Shown piece by piece: positions 59,801-64,000 of a stretch of DNA of 64,000 bases (its first letter is position 1; each line of letters begins with the position of its first letter). The translations under genes and the position numbers were made by a program. The stretch lies in assembly GCF_031769215.1 (NCBI RefSeq), contig NW_026782404.1, positions 62,001 through 126,000 of the forward strand, written 5' to 3'. The notes under the pieces were generated by a model. The model had not been told where the DNA came from. It searched no databases and saw nothing but the letters and a program-made list of their open reading frames with translations. This DNA comes from Ylistrum balloti (Eukaryota).

Positions 59801-62800
59801 AAAGATGCACCCAAGTTGTTAGTGCCAGTCAACGACAGACTTATAAATATGGAAGCGACTATCCTTGGTTTTCTTACTGAAAATAATCTCCCATTCAGCT
59901 TGACAACAGATTTGATTGATCTGACAAAAAAACTATCAAAAGATACCAAGGCTCTTAGTGAACTACAGATGAACAGAACAACAGCTTCATATAAAATGAC
60001 CTTTGGATTAGGAAAGACATTAATGATGAACTTGACGGAAATTTTAAGAATTTCAAAGTTTTCACTAAACATCGATGAGGCCACTAGTGATAACTTTCAC
60101 AGGGTGTTGGCTGTTCTAGTTTCTTATTTCTGTCCAACAAAGAAAGAAATTGTTGTTAATCATTTAGCATCCTTAAGTGTAATAAAAGTTGACAGTGCCA
60201 CTCTTTATAATGAACTGGTAAATGTTATTGAAAGTAACAACATACCATGGACAAACCTTATGTCAATATTAATGGATTCATGTAATGTGATGAGGGGATC
60301 AAAGTCTGGCCTAGAAGTTCGTATTCGAAGGGAAAAGGCACCACACTTGTTGGATATAGATGGGGACTCATGTCATCATGTCCATAACGCTACAAAGGCA
60401 TTTTGTAAACCATTTGGCTATGTTGTAGAGTCACTGTTTAATGATCTACATAATGATTTAAAGTGGTCTGCAGATTTGAGAGACTTTATGCAAGAAATCT
60501 GTGTCATTTTAGGTGTTAAATACACAGCTCCCCTCAGGTTTGTAAACCACAGATGGCTTTCAGTGTACACTGTAGCAGTTGACACATTACGTCTGATGGA
60601 TGTTTATAGTGTTTTCTATGCTGGCTTTATCACACCAGACAAAAAGCCAAAAGTGTTTCCTATTGTACAAGAGATCTATAGAAGGATAGGCGTAAGTGAT
60701 GCAGCAAAGGAAAGAGTAAGAGAAATCCACTTATCTCTGTCCAAAAAATCGTTGACAAAGGATGGACGAGATAGAAAAGACAGAATCTTAGGCAAAATTT
60801 TTGATGAGAGAATGCTGATCAAACTTGTCTTGAATTTGTACAGTAGTGTTCTGCCTCTGTTGAAAAACTTCACTCTTCTGTTTGAGATGAAAGAACCTCT
60901 AGTGCATATACTACATGATAAGCAACTTGAACTTATCAGGGAGTTCTTGGATTGTTTTATTAAACCAGAAAAATTACAGAATATTACAGCCAGTCGCCTT
61001 GCAAAACTTGATCTACACAGTAAAGATATGCATCTGAAACCAGTTCACATGTTCATGGGTGTTAATGCGTTGCGCACTGTAAAGGAAAATATCAAATCTT
61101 ATATAGTAAGAAGCTTCCTTGAGAACCTTGAATCTGCTTATGTTGCCAGTGGTCATGTATTAAAAACAAAACTGCCTATTGGAAACTCACTGCTACAGAG
61201 CCTTTCAGCTATAGACCCTTGTGCAAGGGGCCACTCCCTTACATTGCAGTACCTTCAGAACCTTGCGCTGAAAGTTGATAATGTATTATCTGAAGAAGAG
61301 AAGAATCAGTATGAAAGAGAATTAAGAAGGTACCAACGAGATGAAAAGTTGCCAGAATTTGAGAACATGAGAATAGACACTTGGTGGGCAGATGTTCAAA
61401 TGAAAGGACAGTATCCTGTCTTAAGCAAGATGGTATTGTCCTTGTTGACCTGTTTCCATGGTCCACAGGTGGAAGGCTCATTCAGCATGATGGGGGACAT
61501 CATGGATCCTAAATCTTCAAGAATGAAGATTGAAACCTATTCAGCAATTCAAACTGTGAAGTCCACATTACAAGCACAGAAGAAAACTGCTGTGGAATAT
61601 TTTTCACCTCATGACTTCCAAAATAATGCACCACAGAGGAGACTTCTTAATAACATGAGGAGTGCATATAAGTCATACAAGTGTGAAAAAGAGAAAGCCA
61701 AAGAACAGGAGGAACAGAGAAAGAGAGAATTAGAAGTGAGAAAAGCAAATGTTGAAACAAAACGAAAGGCTTCAGAACAGTCAGAAAGAGCTTCCAAAAT
61801 TGCACGTTTGGCTCACAAACAACTGATGATGAAATCTTCAAAAAAAACCAGAAAAAAGTCTAAAAAAGGGACATAATTTGAGTGAAGTTCGTGCTACATT
61901 TTACTGTTACAGTGTAAATATATTACAATCTAAATATATTACAATATTAATGTGAAAGTGTACATATATAGTCTCTAGCTATATTGTGAAAAGTAATTTG
62001 TGAACTGACAAAACAATTTAGATTTAAACTACAGTTGGACATATGTGGAACATGTATTTACTTTTTACAATTTAACAAAACACATTTAACAAACTTAAAC
62101 ATTTTTCTTGCAATTGGATTACACTCAAGTATCTCATTCTGTGGAACATTAGTTGTGAACTGGCCATGGTAAGTGTATAAATTGTCATGTTGATGAAAAT
62201 TTCAAACAGTTTTGTTGAGTTTTTTTATTGGTATTACACTTTATTATGGCAAGAAATGCATGCCAAAATATCTGATGGTATACCCCTTAAGTGGCTAGAA
62301 ATGCATCCCTGGCAGTCTAAATTTTCAAAAATTTTCCGGGGGAGGCCCCCCGTATTACTTTTCAGACTTTTTCAAAAAATACCACTCACATGCCTGGTAT
62401 ATACCTGTATCATTACACTGTACATACCTGTATCACTACACTGTACACACCTGTATCACTACACTGTACATACCTGTATCACTACACTGTATATACCTGT
62501 ATCATTACACTGTACACACCTGTATCACTACACTGTACATACCTGTATCACTACACTGTATATACCTGTATCATTACACTGTACACACCTGTATCACTAC
62601 ACTGTATATACCTGTATCACTACACTATACACACCTGTATCACTACACTGTACACTGTACACTGTACACACCTGTATCACTACACTGTACACACCTGTAT
62701 CACTACACTATACACACCTGTATCACTACACTGTACATACCTGTATCACTACACTGTACATACCTGTATTACTACACTGTATATACCTGTATCACTACAC

Positions 62801-63938
62801 TGTACACACCTGTATCAATACACTGTATATACCTGTATCATTACACTGTACATACCTGTATCACTACACTGTACACACCTGTATCACTACACTGTACACA
62901 CCTGTATCACTACACTGTACACACCTGTATCACTACACTGTATATACCTGTATCACTACACTGTACACACCTGTATCACTACACTGTACACACCTGTATC
63001 ACTACACTGTACATACCTGTATCACTACACTGTACACACCTGTATCACTACACTGTACACACCTGTATCACTGGGATGTACACACCTGTATCAATACACT
63101 GTATATACCTGTATCACTACACTGTACACACCTGTATCACTGTGATGTACACTCTTGTATTGCTATATTATCCATGTCCAAAAGTCATCATCTTGTTCAA
63201 TTTTGAGTCTGAGTTGGCAAAAAGAGGCCAATAGACAAGCCATCTTTGATTTTGATAATTGAAAACTTTTTTTTTTTTGGTATGTCAATATTCTATTTCC
63301 TCCATTTTTCATTTTTACATGAAAAGAAAGACTGTCATCTCTAGGTTTTTCTTTGTGCATGTTTTAATTTTGAGACTGATTGAAAAATAACAAAATTTGA
63401 AACATGTAGTCCTCATTGAAACCTTAGAACCTAAAAAAAAGGAAAACAATAAAAATTGCATAGATTCAATACAGATCATAAAGTCGTGACATCAAAATCC
63501 CTCTGGTATCTCTTGGTTTTTTAAAAATATTTCAGTTTCAACACATCATCAACGTATATAAGGAGACATTAACTCATTTATTTCTTTTTCTCTTATCAAC
63601 AGAGCTGCAGAGCAAGCCTCTCACAATGATTACTTTTATTTGTTCCTGAAGAGACTATGTCAAGTTTTAACAGAACTGGGTAAACAATTGTGTGCTATGT
63701 GGGTGAGTATACTAATGCTGTTTGTAATCAGTGTTAAGTAAAGTTGTTTACTTGTGTAAATATACTAATGATCATCCTAAACAATGAAGGCGAAAAATAT
63801 TTTTATGTGATGTATGGGCTCTATGACATTGTTGATGAATTATTTTGGTTTTAGGGTCACTTACCTGATGTAAAACAACCAGCCACCTTTGAGAAATATC
63901 TAGAGGCTCTTCTAGTGCTAACAAAATTCCCCAGTCAG
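53886..63938 (+). CDS. XPO5: Exportin-5, coding exons 1-9 (continues beyond the right edge)
   Basis: Exons 53886-53981, 54208-54329, 55120-55192, 55798-55935, 56233-56403, 56688-56906, 57098-57174, 63603-63702, 63855-63938, phases consistent. Motifs IVRHFGLQLLEH, LEEEYHIKD, KREWPQNWP, TQTELVL..YLRLAEDVV, LAGYLDW, AAECLLIIVSRKGKVEDRKPL and FLKRLCQVL match XPO5. Confidence 0.95.
55385..55810. repeat. ~48-bp tandem repeat whose unit includes the XPO5 exon 4 splice acceptor
   Basis: TTTCAGTGATGTAGATGAGGATATTTTGTATTTAG|GGAACAGCTA repeated ~8 times, degrading leftwards. The last copy is the real acceptor (55797). Confidence 0.88.
57167..57440. repeat. 88-bp tandem repeat (3 copies) containing the XPO5 exon 7 splice donor
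   Basis: ACCACTCT|GTAAGTACTGTACA at 57175, 57263 and 57351; a fourth ACCACTCT|GTACAC at 57439. Confidence 0.93.
58879..61876 (+). CDS. hAT transposase, 821 aa, 2 exons (BED-type ZnF + RNase H-like DDE + C-terminal dimerisation region)
   Basis: Exons 58879-59158 (GCC G|GTAAGT) and 59691-61876 (TTTTACAG|GA) join in phase. CRLC..HVKSEKH finger, FSLNIDEATS (D), ILMDSCNVM (D), SCHHVH, HRWLS, WWA, QVEGSFS (E). Confidence 0.92.
59365..59642. repeat. 141-bp tandem duplication within the transposase intron
   Basis: AATTAAAAC(G/A)TATTCTAATAAATAATAC...AATGCAAACTTGG at 59365 and 59506, nearly identical. Confidence 0.9.
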
Positions 63939-64000
63939 GTAGGTTGTGTTGCTATAGTCGTACATCAGGTAAGTCTTGCACTTAAATACTCCACTGTCGT

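Larger units (their letters stand above)
58600..62396 (+). mobile_element. Full-length hAT-superfamily DNA transposon, 3797 bp
   Basis: Perfect 11-bp TIRs CAGGCATGTGA (58600-58610) / TCACATGCCTG (62386-62396). Flanking GTATAT duplicated (58594-58599, 62397-62402). Clustered TCCG subterminal motifs at 58615-58720. Intact transposase. Confidence 0.93.
57440..63150. repeat. 23-bp minisatellite in XPO5 intron 7, split by the hAT insertion (57440-58599 and 62397-63150)
   Basis: Unit CACTACACTGTACACACCTGTAT. It explains ORFs 58339-58665 and 62187-63206. Confidence 0.97.

Noticed and set aside
59785-61841. Minus-strand ORFs within the transposase
   Set aside because: Antisense shadows of a long coding exon.
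62187-63206. Long ORFs (339 aa and 251 aa) with HCTHLYHYTVHTCITTLY repeats; also 58339-58665
   Set aside because: Translations of the stop-poor 23-bp minisatellite inside XPO5 intron 7; no splice or compositional support.

Overview
Eukaryotic, AT-rich, intron-rich genomic DNA from an invertebrate. The repeat families suggest a lophotrochozoan, probably a bivalve mollusc (inference). I read the splice junctions by eye and reconstructed seven host genes: WDR92/DNAAF10 (-, first two coding exons), RRP36 (+, complete), MRPL11 (-, complete), SF3B2 (+, complete, 22 coding exons, one GC-AG intron), a mARC/MOSC molybdoenzyme (+, complete), a C2H2 zinc-finger gene with tandem SIM-like motifs (-, ZNF451-like by inference) and XPO5 (+, first nine coding exons). 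Six of them form three head-to-head pairs. Mobile DNA includes an apparently intact 3.8-kb hAT transposon (spliced 821-aa transposase, 11-bp TIRs, unusual 6-bp TSD) inside a 23-bp minisatellite in XPO5 intron 7, two decayed Penelope-like elements (one with a minimal hammerhead ribozyme), CR1-type LINE fragments, tRNA-derived SINEs, Pearl/HINE-like elements and MITE-like palindromes. Many minisatellites are present. Several have units that contain splice signals, and two in XPO5 are direct tandem amplifications of real exon-intron junctions. Most short ORFs in the supplied track are spurious. No database searches were run.
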